DNA from: Ginkgo biloba
Lineage: Eukaryota > Plantae > Ginkgophyta
Direction of reading: 5' to 3'
DNA length: 39,777 nt
Assembly (NCBI GenBank): GCA_024626585.2
Contig: JANKJI020000004.1
Span: 114,620,872-114,660,648 of the forward strand
Every line of letters begins with the position of its first letter. Position 1 is the first letter of the stretch. Below the pieces are notes generated by a model. The model was not told the origin of the DNA. It was given only the letters and a program-made list of their open reading frames with translations, and ran no database searches. Positions 12,927 to 25,103 of this stretch are shown piece by piece. A program made the translations under genes and the position numbers.

Positions 12927-14468
12927 CTAGAGTGCTACCCATTAGATTGGCCATAGGATTTTTTATAAGAGGGTAATTCCCTTATGAAAGGATAACTATA
13001 AATGGTCTTGTGGGTGGAGTATTAACTCCAACCATAGGATTACCAACATTAATTAGTTAGTTTAACCCTATAAGAGAATTAGTTTAAATGGTGGAATGTA
13101 GCCTCCAAATGGAGGAGGATTTTATTAAATTGGTTAACTAAGTACATTGATAAACTAAGTATCCATATGTGTGGGATATTAGTAATAACTTATGGGTTTT
13201 ATGTGGAATTATCTAATTACATGTTAGCCAAATTTAACAATTGGTTAATAATATATTATGCATTAAAAGGATTAGTGGTTGGTTGGTTAGAATTAGTACC
13301 ATGATCCATAGGATTACTTTATATTGAAGTAGCACCTATAGCTAATTTATATACAAAATATTTCCCTTAAGAAGGGTTTACTAATATGGATACAAAAGAC
13401 ACCATATGTGATGAGGTGATTGAGCTTTTAGACCTACTCTTGTCTTAACGAGATATAAAGAGGAAGAATTGTTAAAAGAGGGATTATGACCTAAAGGGGT
13501 TAAAGCCTTAAAAATTTTAATTTTAGAAGAGACATCCTGCATGGACTTAGATGGTGAATTATGTTCTNNNNNNNNNNNNNNNNNNNNNNNNNNNNNNNNN
13601 NNNNNNNNNNNNNNNNNNNNNNNNNNNNNNNNNNNNNNNNNNNNNNNNNNNNNNNNNNNNNNNNNNNNNNNNNNNNNNNNNNNNNNNNNNNNNNNNNNNN
13701 NNNNNNNNNNNNNNNNNNNNNNNNNNNNNNNNNNNNNNNNNNNNNNNNNNNNNNNNNNNNNNNNNNNNNNNNNNNNNNNNNNNNNNNNNNNNNNNNNNNN
13801 NNNNNNNNNNNNNNNNNNNNNNNNNNNNNNNNNNNNNNNNNNNNNNNNNNNNNNNNNNNNNNNNNNNNNNNNNNNNNNNNNNNNNNNNNNNNNNNNNNNN
13901 NNNNNNNNNNNNNNNNNNNNNNNNNNNNNNNNNNNNNNNNNNNNNNNNNNNNNNNNNNNNNNNNNNNNNNNNNNNNNNNNNNNNNNNNNNNNNNNNNNNN
14001 NNNNNNNNNNNNNNNNNNNNNNNNNNNNNNNNNNNNNNNNNNNNNNNNNNNNNNNNNNNNNNNNNNNNNNNNNNNNNNNNNNNNNNNNNNNNNNNNNNNN
14101 NNNATGGAAAAGGATATATAGTTTCTAAATGTCAAACCTCTAATATACCTTAAAAATATAATGGGATGACATAAAGGCCTATGATGGAGTGTGGACAATG
14201 GGTTAATGAGATGATTTGGATGGGTGATTTATTTTTCTTTATTGGTTAAAGAAGATAGTCTTTTAGGTCTAATATCAATGCACTAATCTAAGAAAATAAA
14301 TAAGCAATTAATGTCAATAATGATAATGAGCATGTGGGATAAGGGATTTATTATAGTATGTGCTTATTATTAAGGTGGAATTAATATTCCTTTTAAGATA
14401 GAATGAAAATACAATGCAAGATGACTTATTGGCAAAAATAGCATGACTTGGANNNNNNNNNNNNNNNG

Positions 14469-14663
14469 AGTGACGAGGAACTAGAAGGCCTCAGATGTAA
14501 AGGCTTTTGTTAGGGAACCCAACACTTAGGGAGGGAAAACCAAAAGGAATTCTAGGAATTAAATTATGCCAATCAGTTTGAGTAGAGGTCCATTATCATT
14601 AGGCCCATATGTCCATCCAAGAAATTAGTAATATACCCATGTATCCATCATTAGGATGTTACA
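14469..14663. mobile_element. Probable LTR terminus
   Basis: Ends in GGATGTTACA, a common plant gypsy LTR end; this is the only evidence. Confidence 0.3.
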
Positions 14664-15043
14664 ACATTACTCATCATATAACCATCAAGGAAGTTGGCCT
14701 AAGCAAGTATCTCTTAAAGGACTAGGCCTTTCCCCAAAAAATGAGGCTCTCTCAACCACAAACTAATAATGTAAATTACATTTTCCTTCCTCCAAGGATA
14801 ACGTCTCTACAAATGATCCCACCTAATCTCACTTAATCTATAATTCTATGTTTTAAAATATGTTTGATGTTAGGATAGTTTAATGCACACATTTTATACT
14901 TGCAAATGTTAGTATAACTAATAAAAATGAAAAGTGATCTTGGACAAAGTTATTTTTAATAAATTTAATTAGGCTCACTACCCTCGTAGAATATATAAAT
15001 ATGATAAACTAATCGATGGTATAAACATATAAAACACGAATGT

Positions 15044-15178
15044 GTGTGATGGGGGATGAGATCCTTATGCAAGACAACACTCCCTTAGATGGCTTGATGT
15101 GAACTCTTGGATGGATAATCAAACCTACAAGATGCATGCAATAAGAAATACAAGAAAAATATATATATGCCATAAGGA
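15044..15178. repeat. Dispersed repeat, copy 2 (homologous to 6290-6438)
   Basis: Direct alignment by eye with 6290-6438. Confidence 0.75.
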
Positions 15179-15489
15179 NNNNNNNNNNNNNNNNNNNNNN
15201 NNNNNNNNNNNNNNNNNNNNNNNNNNNNNNNNNNNNNNNNNNNNNNNNNNNNNNNNNNNNNNNNNNNNNNNNNNNNNNGGAATGTATGAATTCCTATTAC
15301 AACTTTAATTCCACAAAAACATAAGCTACTAGAAAATTAAGAACTCTTTTAAGCTTCTTGTAAAATGTAAGCTCTAAGTTTTCCTCATGTGGTTTAGGAG
15401 TTTTCTCTTTACAATTGTACTAACAAGTTGTTTGCAAAAAAAAATATGAATTCATTGACATTATTTGAAACGACTCTTTAATATTAGAT

Positions 15490-17150
15490 AGAATCTTCAT
15501 GAGACCGGAATGGGGCCTATGCGTTCTTAAAATCGTGGCGCATAGGAGGTTGATAAACATTGGCTTTCTTGTTCCATGTGACTGCGCTCTTAATACCCAA
15601 ATTTTTTTTTCACTGGATAATACCGTTGGAAACGCTTGCGGATTGGCCACCTATGCCACATCTCGGCCATCCTGCAAAAATATTCGATGGAGTATTGTGT
15701 GGCTACGTTCAATTTTCAAATACTGAACACATTATATTTCTCCTCGGATTCCTACATTCGTATAAGGCAACAAAACATCCAGAGGGATTCCTTTTGTTTG
15801 CATTTTTACAGTGTTTTAACTCTCAATATCCATACAATAAGACGCAGAAGAAAAGACGGGGTGACGTTATTAGAGTTTATTCAACTGGTATTCAATTACA
15901 TTGGCATATTACTCCCATTTTTTGTCTCGAATTTCATTATCTTTGTGAGTTTTGATAAATGTTGGCTTTTACTCTGTTTTAGGTTTGTTTTTCAGTACAG
16001 AGGCCAGAAATCAATGTTACGAGTATTACTCCTTTGCATTGGGCATGGGAGAATGTACATTGTAAGAGAGGCCGCAATATGTCACAGGTTCGAAACCCCT
16101 TCCCTTGCATTCCTTCTTTTTTTTTCTTTGCCAGCTGCCAACCACTGGGTCAGATTATTGTTTAAAACAGGAAATTAATGTGTGTTTACAGAGATACGGG
16201 AAGTCCAGAGGAACATGTAAATTCGAGCAGGTCAGAAGGAAATTTCCAAAGGTTGAACGTAGAACAAGTAAGTGCGCTTCATTGCTTTCTGTGACATTGT
16301 GAAAATCATGATTCTATAGTAAAAAAGAATCAATTACTGTCCATAGCTTGAGTGCTCTGCCTGAAGGAGACCTCCAGAATATACAGTGAGAACAGTGAAG
16401 AAAGGCATTGAAATATTTTGTTTAAGTTTTGTTATTTCAGTTTGTTCTGTAAGTCTTTTATCCTTTGAATATTCGGTTAATGTTATGTGTACCCTTAGCA
16501 GGAGTTTTCATGTTTTAACTGATGGCGGGGGCGTTTGTCAAGGGGTGATCGCGGGTTCCATACATATAGAGGCATAGTACTTGCAGACAAATATAACCCT
16601 GGGGTTAACCGAGCTTGTTCACTGGTGATGTGTTCATTTTGCTTTATCATTCACCTACGTTTCAGTTNNNNNNNNNNNNNNNNNNNNNNNNNNNNNNNNN
16701 NNNNNNNNNNNNNNNNNNNNNNNNNNNNNNNNNNNNNNNNNNNNNNNNNNNNNNNNNNNNNNNNNNNAGTTAAAAATTCTATATGTGGAAGCATTAAATC
16801 AAATCCAAGGGGTAATCAATCCTTATATACTTATATATTCATTACTACACCTATATAATTAGCTCCTCTACTTGGGCCAAGCTCGAATATCACTGTTTAT
16901 AAAAAGAAATCTCTAAATTCCCACTCTCAGTTGACTTTATAGTCACACCATTAAGTAGCATGTGTTTGGCGACATCATTGTTTATGGATGCGTTCACAGA
17001 TAGCAGACGACTAAGAGTGCATAGATAATCAACGTGGTTCTATTTCACCGACAAGGCGAAAAACCTGTCCAAATTCTCTGCGCTTTCGTATTGTCCCTAT
17101 ATGCGGACTGAACCCTATTGTCTTGCAAACACTCTCATAGATTCCAACAA
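15490..17150. other. CpG-retaining, non-TE-like, apparently non-coding island
   Basis: CG dinucleotides are visibly more frequent than in the flanking TE decay. No TE motifs and no recognisable protein are seen. Interrupted by a 100-N gap at 16668-16767. Confidence 0.4.
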
Positions 17151-17546
17151 CAATAGATTCTCCAAATCACTTCAAGATCTCACTCAAGTGCACAAGAAAG
17201 AGTCCAAGCAACTTATAAAAGGACCAATGGAGAGAAATTAGACAACAAAGAAGAAAATCTCTCTAGGTACAAGTGTGCAAAGTGTAAAAGGTTCATAAAC
17301 ATAGAAGATAATAAGACATGAACTTCAACTTGTAGCATAACATTATATGAACAAGAATACATGTGCTAAGGTACAATGCTAAGGATTTCTTAAATTGAAG
17401 AGCCAAGGTCTCAAAAATAGAGTGGAGAGCTATGCATAGCATGCTCATGCACAATTCATGCAATTTGAAGTTATATCAGTCTATTAAGGGACTATCCATG
17501 CAAGGAGCTCTTGACCAAGATGAAGCATATAAACATCACTCTCACA

Positions 17547-17708
17547 ATGAATGGTGGAGACTGTGCCAACTTATAGGAGAAAACGAATGGTGATGAAAAC
17601 CTCCTATTAAATAAATACTAAATAAGAATAATCCTTTTATAGGATTAGTCATGGTCATAGCCCTCTATAAGGCTAGATTCCATGGGACCAAGTGCTAGCC
17701 CCCCTTGT
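17547..17708. repeat. Direct repeat, copy 1 (homologous to 20507-20687), LTR-like
   Basis: Shared atgaatggt.gaga, taagaataatcct, aggatta.tcatggt.atagcc, tataaggcta.attccatgggacca.gtgct and ccccttgt. Confidence 0.8.
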
Positions 17709-17889
17709 GGCTCCGCGGCACCTCAATTCATCCCCCCTAGGGAAGCAATGGACCCCATTGCTTGATCTAGTGTAGGAATTCCCTACACCGATGGCTTGAC
17801 CATTGAAATAGTTGCCCATACTGTAGCTAAAGGAGTTAGTATTGTTTTAAGTACAAAATGTGCACCATCTTTGTGCACTTCGTATTTTT

Positions 17890-18450
17890 CATGGAATGTA
17901 GAGATTTTGACTCACCCTTCAGAAAGGAAAGGGCTACCAAAGAGCACACTAACACAATCCATGGGAACAATATCACAAGTGATCTCATTGATATATTGAG
18001 ATGTGATTGCAAATATGAACTTGCACTATGTAGTCACCTGTGTACCGTCATCAGTGTTCCTCCCACTAATGAAACAAGGTTTAGGACGAGGAGTGGCCTC
18101 AAGCCCAAACTACTAGACTATCGAAGATGAAGATGCAATCAAGTTTTTTGGGTTAATATTATTGATGATGATTGAAACCATTATTTTTTATATCTGCAAC
18201 CTAAAAGTGAATAGTCTTTTACTTCCCTTGGTCACCTGGTGTGTGAGTGATGTGAAAGGGCCATGTGCTTCATTAGATGCGGAAGGTGAGGATGCTGTGA
18301 AATAAGGTGAACTTGGCTCATTTGCATGAGAACATGCTTGCAATGAATTGCATTTCAATTTTGGATGTTGAGCAAAACACTCATCATCTGTATGCCCATA
18401 AACCCTATGATGATGGCAAAATTTCTTTTGCTTGCCCCTTCGTGGCAACG
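17890..18450 (-). mobile_element. Degenerate Ty3/gypsy gag zinc knuckle and aspartic protease
   Basis: Decayed CCHC knuckle FCHHHRVYGHTDDECFAQHPKLK, then KRLFTFRLQI...FGLEATPRPKP...VTT*CKFIFAITSQYINEITCDIVPMDCVSVLFGSPFL (compare DEVxCDVVPMDxCxxLLGxP). Confidence 0.78.
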
Positions 18451-19214
18451 TTGGAGGTGTGTTGCCTAACTTTGGTGAAGGTGATCCCTCTTCTTCTAAG
18501 GAAGTAGATTGATAGGTACTCTTTTTCTTAGAGTACGGTTAAAGGAAATAACTCAACTTCATAACAGGGTTAAAATGTATAGGACATCAACAAATTCGAG
18601 AACCAACTTCTCTTTTGGCTTCTATAACTTTGCACCCGACACCTGTGGGTGCTCACAGTCNNNNNNNNNNNNNNNNNNNNNNNNNNNNNNNNNNNNNNNN
18701 NNNNNNNNNNNNACGATAGAAGAATAAACAAGAGTAACTATTGTTCTATTTCTCAGGACGGAATAGAAGTCCACTATTTACAAAGTTACATGAGATTGCA
18801 GTCATAAGCATAAACTCGAAAAAGTTGTAGGAATCGTAGCTGGCTGTCTGGGCGAATTGTAGACTATGCCTGGAGGAATCACAAGTCAAATCTGGAGTTT
18901 ACAGTTGCAAGTGAGCTTGGGAAGTTTTTCTCTACTTCTTTTTCTTCTCTCTAAGAATGTTGAGCAGAATATGATTTCTTCCTCTTCTAGCATAATGCCA
19001 AGAATATTCTCTGTTGCCCAATTCACTAGTTGCCAAAAACTTAGGAACTAAAACAACGTTGTGTTGTCGCCTGATAGTTAAACAAAGCTAGTTGGAGAAA
19101 AATGATTGTGTGTTTCTTGGGAGGACTTTGCCAACATCATTCTTGCNNNNNNNNNNNNNNNNNNNGCCCTTTAGCTTTACTTGTAGTCGGGGTGTAGATG
19201 ATTGTTTGTTCCCG

Positions 19215-19445
19215 TCACCTGCAGGTGAGCGCTTGATGGTCTTCGAACTTACCTACAGTTAGGTTGTAGGTAAGTGATGACTGAGCTTCACCTATAGTCA
19301 AGCTACAGGTGAGTGACTATACAACGTCATCTACAATTGGGCTGTAGGTGGCTTACGGAGAAGTCACCTGCAAGTCGACCTGTAGGTGAGCGTTCTTAAT
19401 TATAGATGGCCTCTTTGACTTCATCCACAGGGCATTGTAAGTGAG
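19215..19445. repeat. Array of 5-6 short inverted repeats (TCACCTRCA-loop-TGYAGGTGA), ~38-bp period
   Basis: Perfect palindrome tcacctgcaggtga at 19215-19228; perfect 11-bp stem at 19247-19275; further stems at 19288-19312, 19326-19352 and 19364-19389; a degenerate copy near 19420-19444. Confidence 0.85.
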
Positions 19446-20506
19446 CACGCAACTTCACTTTTCCATTTCACCTTGATCTTTCATTTGCACTTCGGTCGCA
19501 ATTGACTCCTTGCAACTCCATAATATCTGGGTTCGCTGTTGACTTGCAAGTGAAATAAGTTTTCCTGTAAGAGAACCTATCTACCTACATTTAACTTGCA
19601 AGTGATTTCGCATGGTTAAGATTTTAATGGTTTAGCGTCTCGGCAATTGGTCTAGGTCAAATTCATCCCGGATCATGCCTCTCCTTTTTTGAAGATGGTG
19701 GTTTCCCTCATCCCTTTACTCAACTCTAGAAATTCTTATCGAATCTACTCCTCAGTGAGCCATTTTACTGTTGTCGATACTTTTTCTTTTTCGTTGACCT
19801 TGTATAGTTTGATGACACCATGTCTTGATATTCAGTCTCTGCTTTGTAGGAATTTATCTTATTCTTAAGGATTCTACTCATCTAGAATTAATTCTTCTAG
19901 AGGTGGAATCATAACCTCACCTTCACGTTATTCTCCATCTATAATGGAGGATTTATAGAGATTCAAACTTTCCATATTAAAAATTGGGTGAATCTCCATG
20001 TAGGGTGTTAAATCCAACCTGAATACATTATATCCCACTTGCTCACAAATTGTAAATGGATTTTAATGGATTGGATTCATATTTATATTTTTCCTTTGGA
20101 ATATATCCTTAAGGATATTAATACATACTCTATATCCTACCTAATCTATGATCAGTATAATGTTGATCATGCCTAGCCTTATACTTTTGCTAACTTTTCA
20201 ATAATATCTCTTGCACTTACCACTGTAGGAGCTTGATGTGCTCAACAAATCTAAGTGGTTGTTATTGANNNNNNNNNNNNNNNNNNNNNNNNNNNNNNNN
20301 NNNNNNNNNNNNNNNNNNNNNNNNNNNNNNNNNNNNNNNNNNNNNNNNNNNNNNNNNNNNNNNNNNNNATGCCATAAACAAATATAGAAATATTGATGAG
20401 AAAGAAAATATACCTATACACAAGCCAATAGCCTATGCAATATATGCAACTATCCATGTAATCATAGAATTATTCTTCATGCAAGGAGTTTATGATTGGA
20501 AAGTAC

Positions 20507-20687
20507 ATGAATGGTAGAGATAATACCACATAGTATTAAAAAACCAACGGTGGAGAAAAACTCTCACATAATAAATAATAATAATCCTCTTGTAAGATTA
20601 CTAAGAATAATCCTCTCACAGGATTACTCATGGTTATAGCCTTGTATAAGGCTAAATTCCATGGGACCATGTGCTGGCGCCCCTTGT
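20507..20687. repeat. Direct repeat, copy 2 (homologous to 17547-17708)
   Basis: See copy 1. Confidence 0.8.
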
Positions 20688-20849
20688 TCACTTATGGCAC
20701 ATCATTTATTGAACAAAACAAAAAGAAAAAGAAGAGTGGGGAAATACTAATGAGGTTGAGGAAAACTGGCTACTCTTTTCTTGGTTGTTCTTAAAGGGTT
20801 AATGTATATCTATCGACAAGTGGAACAAAGGCATTAACCAGGCTTTACC

Positions 20850-22070
20850 ACTTTCCTTTGTCAACTTCCTTTTATGTGAGTTGCATCATAATCCCCTTTT
20901 TGTATTTGTACTTACACTATGATAGCGAGGGAATGTAAATTATTTGGCCTTAGGAAATTAGGCCCCTAAAACAATGTGAGCCTTCAAAGGCCAATTGGGG
21001 CCTTGCACTAAAGGCCATTATGAAAGTCGAGTTGAAGGGGTTTAAAATATTAAGAGCCCTTCAAATTAAGGCAAGCCACCTTTAATATGAGTCATTAAGT
21101 AAGGTCACTTCAAACATTCAAGATAAGGGTGTCGTTGTCTAAGTAGGCCTATAGTATGAGAACTAGAGAGGTCTTTAATTCCTAACACCCATAACATTGA
21201 TAGGCCCTTTGGGATGAGTACATGTAAATAGGCGATCAAATGTAACTGGCAAGGCCTTGAGTTGATAATGTAGGTTGACCTTAGGGATGTATATAATTTT
21301 TTAGGCTTAAATATTTATAAGTTAATCCATTTTCATACTTGTAGCATCCCTTTCAATAAAAATGAAACTCTTAGGGACAAAGCCTTGCCAACAATATCAA
21401 CCCTACAAAAAAGAAAATAGACATCAATGAAAATCAATTGCTAAAGGGCCTTAACCACTATGGAGCCCCATGGATAATTAATGGCCATAAACCTAAGGCT
21501 GCTAAAAGAAATTCAAGGTGAAGGGGTTGGTTGTCACGAAAGGTGGTTCCTAGTGCCCTTAAAATGAAAAGAAAAGCCCTTTTATTAATCTATCACTTAG
21601 GAGCCATAATACGGAATGAATCCTTTAGAGCATGTAATTCAGTCCTTCAAGCGAGTGCTCTTGCTCATATATACTAATAAATCTTTTAAAAGATTAAGGA
21701 TAAAGGGCCCCAACTTTGTGGCTTTTAATACATATGTGAGGCCTTAGCTGGGAGTCATATGAGTTACATGTGATGTTGGAAAAGGTACAAAAAGCTACTT
21801 AAAATATAAATGAAACTTTAGAATTTGTTGATTTGGGACTATTGGGATAGAATGTTCACTTCTATCAATTTATGATGCCTTTTGAATAACATGGAGAACA
21901 TAGCACGTGATAAGGCCTATAAACATTAGGGAAGGGTTGATCGATTCTTGTAACTCTTGATATGAGCTACAACTCTAATGAATGGGCATCAAAGGCTTCA
22001 TGTGATTGTAGGCTTGTGGTGAGGAAGTGCCTCACAAATAATTATACATTGACTATAATGAATGTTTTAC
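20850..22070 (-). mobile_element. Possible very degenerate LINE (endonuclease/RT) remnant
   Basis: Only faint motifs in the expected order on the minus strand: FIIVNV* (NVY), VTRIDQ (SRIDR), RSEHSIPI (SDHxP). Confidence 0.22.
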
Positions 22071-22533
22071 ATATTGAGCACTTCTGTCAAGAGCTCCATA
22101 GTCCACGTAGATTGTAGTGGAAGAATGGTACAAGGAGTACAACATTGAAGGCAAGAACGAAAGTAAGACATTCTTTTTGTTTTTCTGTTCTTGACGCTCT
22201 ATGTTGATGCTATGAAGATCCGATGGTGGGTGATGAAGAGAGATGCATCTACTGCAATNNNNNNNNNNNNNNNNNNNNNNNNNNNNNNNNNNNNNNNNNN
22301 NNNNNNNNNNNNNNNNNNNNNNNNNNNNNNNNNNNNNNNNNNNNNNNNNNNNNNNNNNAAGAAAACATATTACATATGAATAGAGACATAGTTTTATAGT
22401 TTGTACAAAGGGGTTATTTTTATAGGTGTATCAAAGTACAACAAGGTTATAGAGTGATTACTCCTTGGTTTTTTATCATTGCTTCTACATGCTTTTGAAG
22501 GTTTCCTTCAATTGTTTGTCAATGGGAACATCG

Positions 22534-23073
22534 CTTACCCTCAATCTGTCTTAAGGATAACTTACCTTTGATTTCAAATCACCAAGTTATACTCACTATT
22601 TACATGACCACTTACTCCAAACCATCAAATTACCCTCAACATATATTGAGGATAACTTCCCTTTACTTTTACACTGAGACTACCAAAATGTCCTCTTTGT
22701 GCATGTGACAACTTATGCTTAATTTCTAGAACTTACCCTCAATCCATCATGATGATAAATTACCTTTGCATTTGCACTTAGACAACTATATTATTCTCAT
22801 CATGCATGCGACCACTTAGGCTTAACTGTTAGAACTTACCCTTACCTCACCTTAAGGATAATTTCCCTTTTCATTTATCCTTAGACCACTAATTTTTCCT
22901 AATTATGCACATGACAACTTAAGCTTAATTTCCACAACTTACCCTTAGCGAACCATGAGAATAATGCCTATTTGCATTTACAATCACACATGAGGGTAGC
23001 TTTTTTAACATTAGAATTATCATTTAAGCATCATGCTCATAACAAATTTATCCTTACTTGTTATTGAGGATAA
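22534..23073. repeat. ~103-bp tandem repeat, 5-6 units, each starting with an imperfect hairpin TTACCCTCA-N8-TGAGGATAA
   Basis: Unit starts at about 22534, 22629, 22732, 22835, 22938 and 23046; shared tail catg.gac.actta.gcttaa. Confidence 0.9.
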
Positions 23074-23221
23074 TCTAGAGCTGCTAATTTAAATATAGGA
23101 GTGTGACTATAAAGATAAAAAAGTATCTAGAATCAGGACTGTAGAATTTAGTAAGAGTATGAGAGCTCGGTCAATTTTTTAACTAAAGGAGAATAAAGAT
23201 GAAGCAAAAGATGAGACTAAG

Positions 23222-23856
23222 ATGAAGATGGAGATAGAAGTGGAAGTTTAGAAGAATTTGCATGATGATTTTTTGTTTGAGGTTATGGAAAGAGTTCCAA
23301 GTCGAATACTTCTCAGGTATAGGGTGGTATATAAACTATGTAATTACTTGCTTTTTTTTGGTCTACAGTTGATTAACATGAATGATATGTTATGTTAATC
23401 ATCNNNNNNNNNNNNNNNNNNNNNTCATTGAGATGGACGTATGCTGAATAAGTTTGGCTTTTTGATTTATTACACAAAAATCTTAGTAGTGGTCGAAGGA
23501 AGTTCAGATTTTTACTCACTTCCTTCTTAATTTTTTCCTACATGTTGTGTAGTTGTGGCTTCCTACAAGATCCTTTTGTGTTAGTTTAAGGCCCCTACAT
23601 TGCAATTTATTTACTAGAACATGGCTTGAGCTTCCCTTTCCTAATAAAAAATGGAAGGGATTGGAATTTAATTACCCTTTCTTTGGATTCTTTTTTTGAG
23701 CTTTACACTCTTGTCATGGGATGCAATTCCATGATGTTGATGAAGATGTATGATATGCACACTGAAGCACAAACATAATTGAATATATTTGCAGATATGA
23801 CAGTTCACCCATGGGGGGGGGGGGGATTTACTCTAGATGAAGGTTTTACTGACTAA
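23222..23856 (+). pseudogene. F-box (probably F-box/kelch-type) pseudogene
   Basis: MKMEIEVEV*KNLHDDFLFEVMERVPSRILLRYRVVYKLCNYLL matches the F-box consensus (W..LPDD.L..IL.RLP...L.R.R.VCK.WN.LL). Downstream remnants VVASYKILLC and CNLFTRTWLELP (compare VAS.GGLLC, CNPLT..W..LP). Multiple stops and frameshifts. Confidence 0.78.
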
Positions 23857-24209
23857 ATCATATTGATTCTAGTTCCACGTGATTAGGGAAAATATTAGGG
23901 TTAATTAATTGGTGAATAATTTTAACATAATAAATAAATAATATATACATTATAGGTGAATGTACTAAAGTGCATATTTTTCTAGTAATTTATGCTAAAT
24001 TTGGTGAGTAAGCTAAGATTTTTCATTAAAATTAAAACACTTGGCGATTATTTTAAAGGAATTTTGTCCATTGGTGAATCTAATTTTTGAAAATTTTGGA
24101 AAAAAACAGCCAATGGCAATTTTTCTTGCATGTGATGCAATGTGGTAGCCCTCCATGCCAAAGAGGGGCCTTGGGAACACATTGATTTGTTATTGACAAC
24201 ATAGGAGTT

Positions 24210-24727
24210 ATGTACTTGTTCTTTATACTAACCCTTGTAAGGTGGAAGTTTTCATTTCTATTTGCAAAGTAAGATAAGATTAACAAAAAAGAATGAGACC
24301 CATATTTTCTCAAATGATGCTGCAATAGCTTAAATAATTGCCCTACACTTGAAAGCTAAAAGCCTTCATTACTAGTTGTAAAATATGATAAGATTTACAC
24401 ATAAATAAGGATTCCTAAATGTTATCAAGTTATGCGACAATGGCTTAAATAGTCACCCTATACTTGTAAGATAAACACCTTCATTAACATTTGTGTAATA
24501 GGACAAGATTAAGAATAACTCTTAAATTTTGACAAAATAATACTACAAGAGATTAACAATCACACTATAATTGCAAGATAGGATCCCTAGTTAACATTTA
24601 CAAAGTAGAATAAGACTAACACATAAAAAATGTCTCCTTAATTTCGTAATAATTAAACACTACGATAGCTTAAATAATTGCCCTACCCTTGCAAAATGGA
24701 GACGACCTTTTATATTTGCAAAATAAG
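24210..24727. repeat. ~115-bp imperfect tandem repeat, 4-5 units
   Basis: atagcttaaataattgccctac at 24325 and 24665, variants at about 24440 and 24550, and a recurring atttgcaaa.tag.ataagat.aac block. Confidence 0.75.
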
Positions 24728-24889
24728 NNNNNNNNNNNNNNNNNNNNNNNNNNNNNNNNNNNNNNNNNNNNNNNNNNNNNNNNNNNNNNNNNNNNNNNNN
24801 NNNNNNNNNNNNNNNNNNNNNNNNNNNATCGAGAGCACTTGCCACCTAAGAGAAAGAGAGATGTAGAAAGAGAGTGATACAAGAATACT

Positions 24890-25103
24890 GAGAAGCACCT
24901 ACTTTTTGAGCACTTTGCTTGTAGGAGGAAGGCAACCAGAAAAAGTGGAAGATGACCAATGCCAAATGAGAGGAAGTCTAGCCCCTTATATAACTTAAAA
25001 TTATGTGACTTACATCTGACTTATTCTTAGTTACAGTTATTGTTTAAGCTCCCAAATGCACCTTATTACTTAGAAGACCAATGCCCGTATCCAAAAGGCT
25101 TAA
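24890..25103. repeat. LTR-like repeat fragment homologous to 34106-34330, truncated by LTR-A
   Basis: Shared gaagcacct, ggaggaag..aac.agaaaaag, tgagaggaagt, ttaagctcccaaa..cacctta.tacttagaa and aaggcttaa. Confidence 0.8.

Noticed and set aside
7121-14198. Long ORFs made mostly of X (also at 31284-31620 and 36073-36807)
   Set aside because: Artefacts of translating through N runs.
16081-16100. B-box-like GGTTCGAAACC suggesting a tRNA or SINE
   Set aside because: No convincing A-box, cloverleaf, tail or TSD was found.
15636-16178. 180-aa ORF and overlapping ORFs in the island
   Set aside because: Non-ATG start, no recognisable domain, composition typical of AT-rich non-coding DNA.
15490-17150. 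Cognate peptide ligand gene (CEP/PIP/IDA/CLE) or conserved miRNA near the receptor
   Set aside because: I saw no SPGxGH, SGPS, PSxRHN or CLE motif, no conserved mature miRNA and no long fold-back; the scan was by eye and not exhaustive.
19215-19445. CRISPR array or integron attC-like interpretation of the hairpin array
   Set aside because: Plant TE context, no cas or integron integrase gene, repeats are not identical and spacers are only about 11-18 nt.
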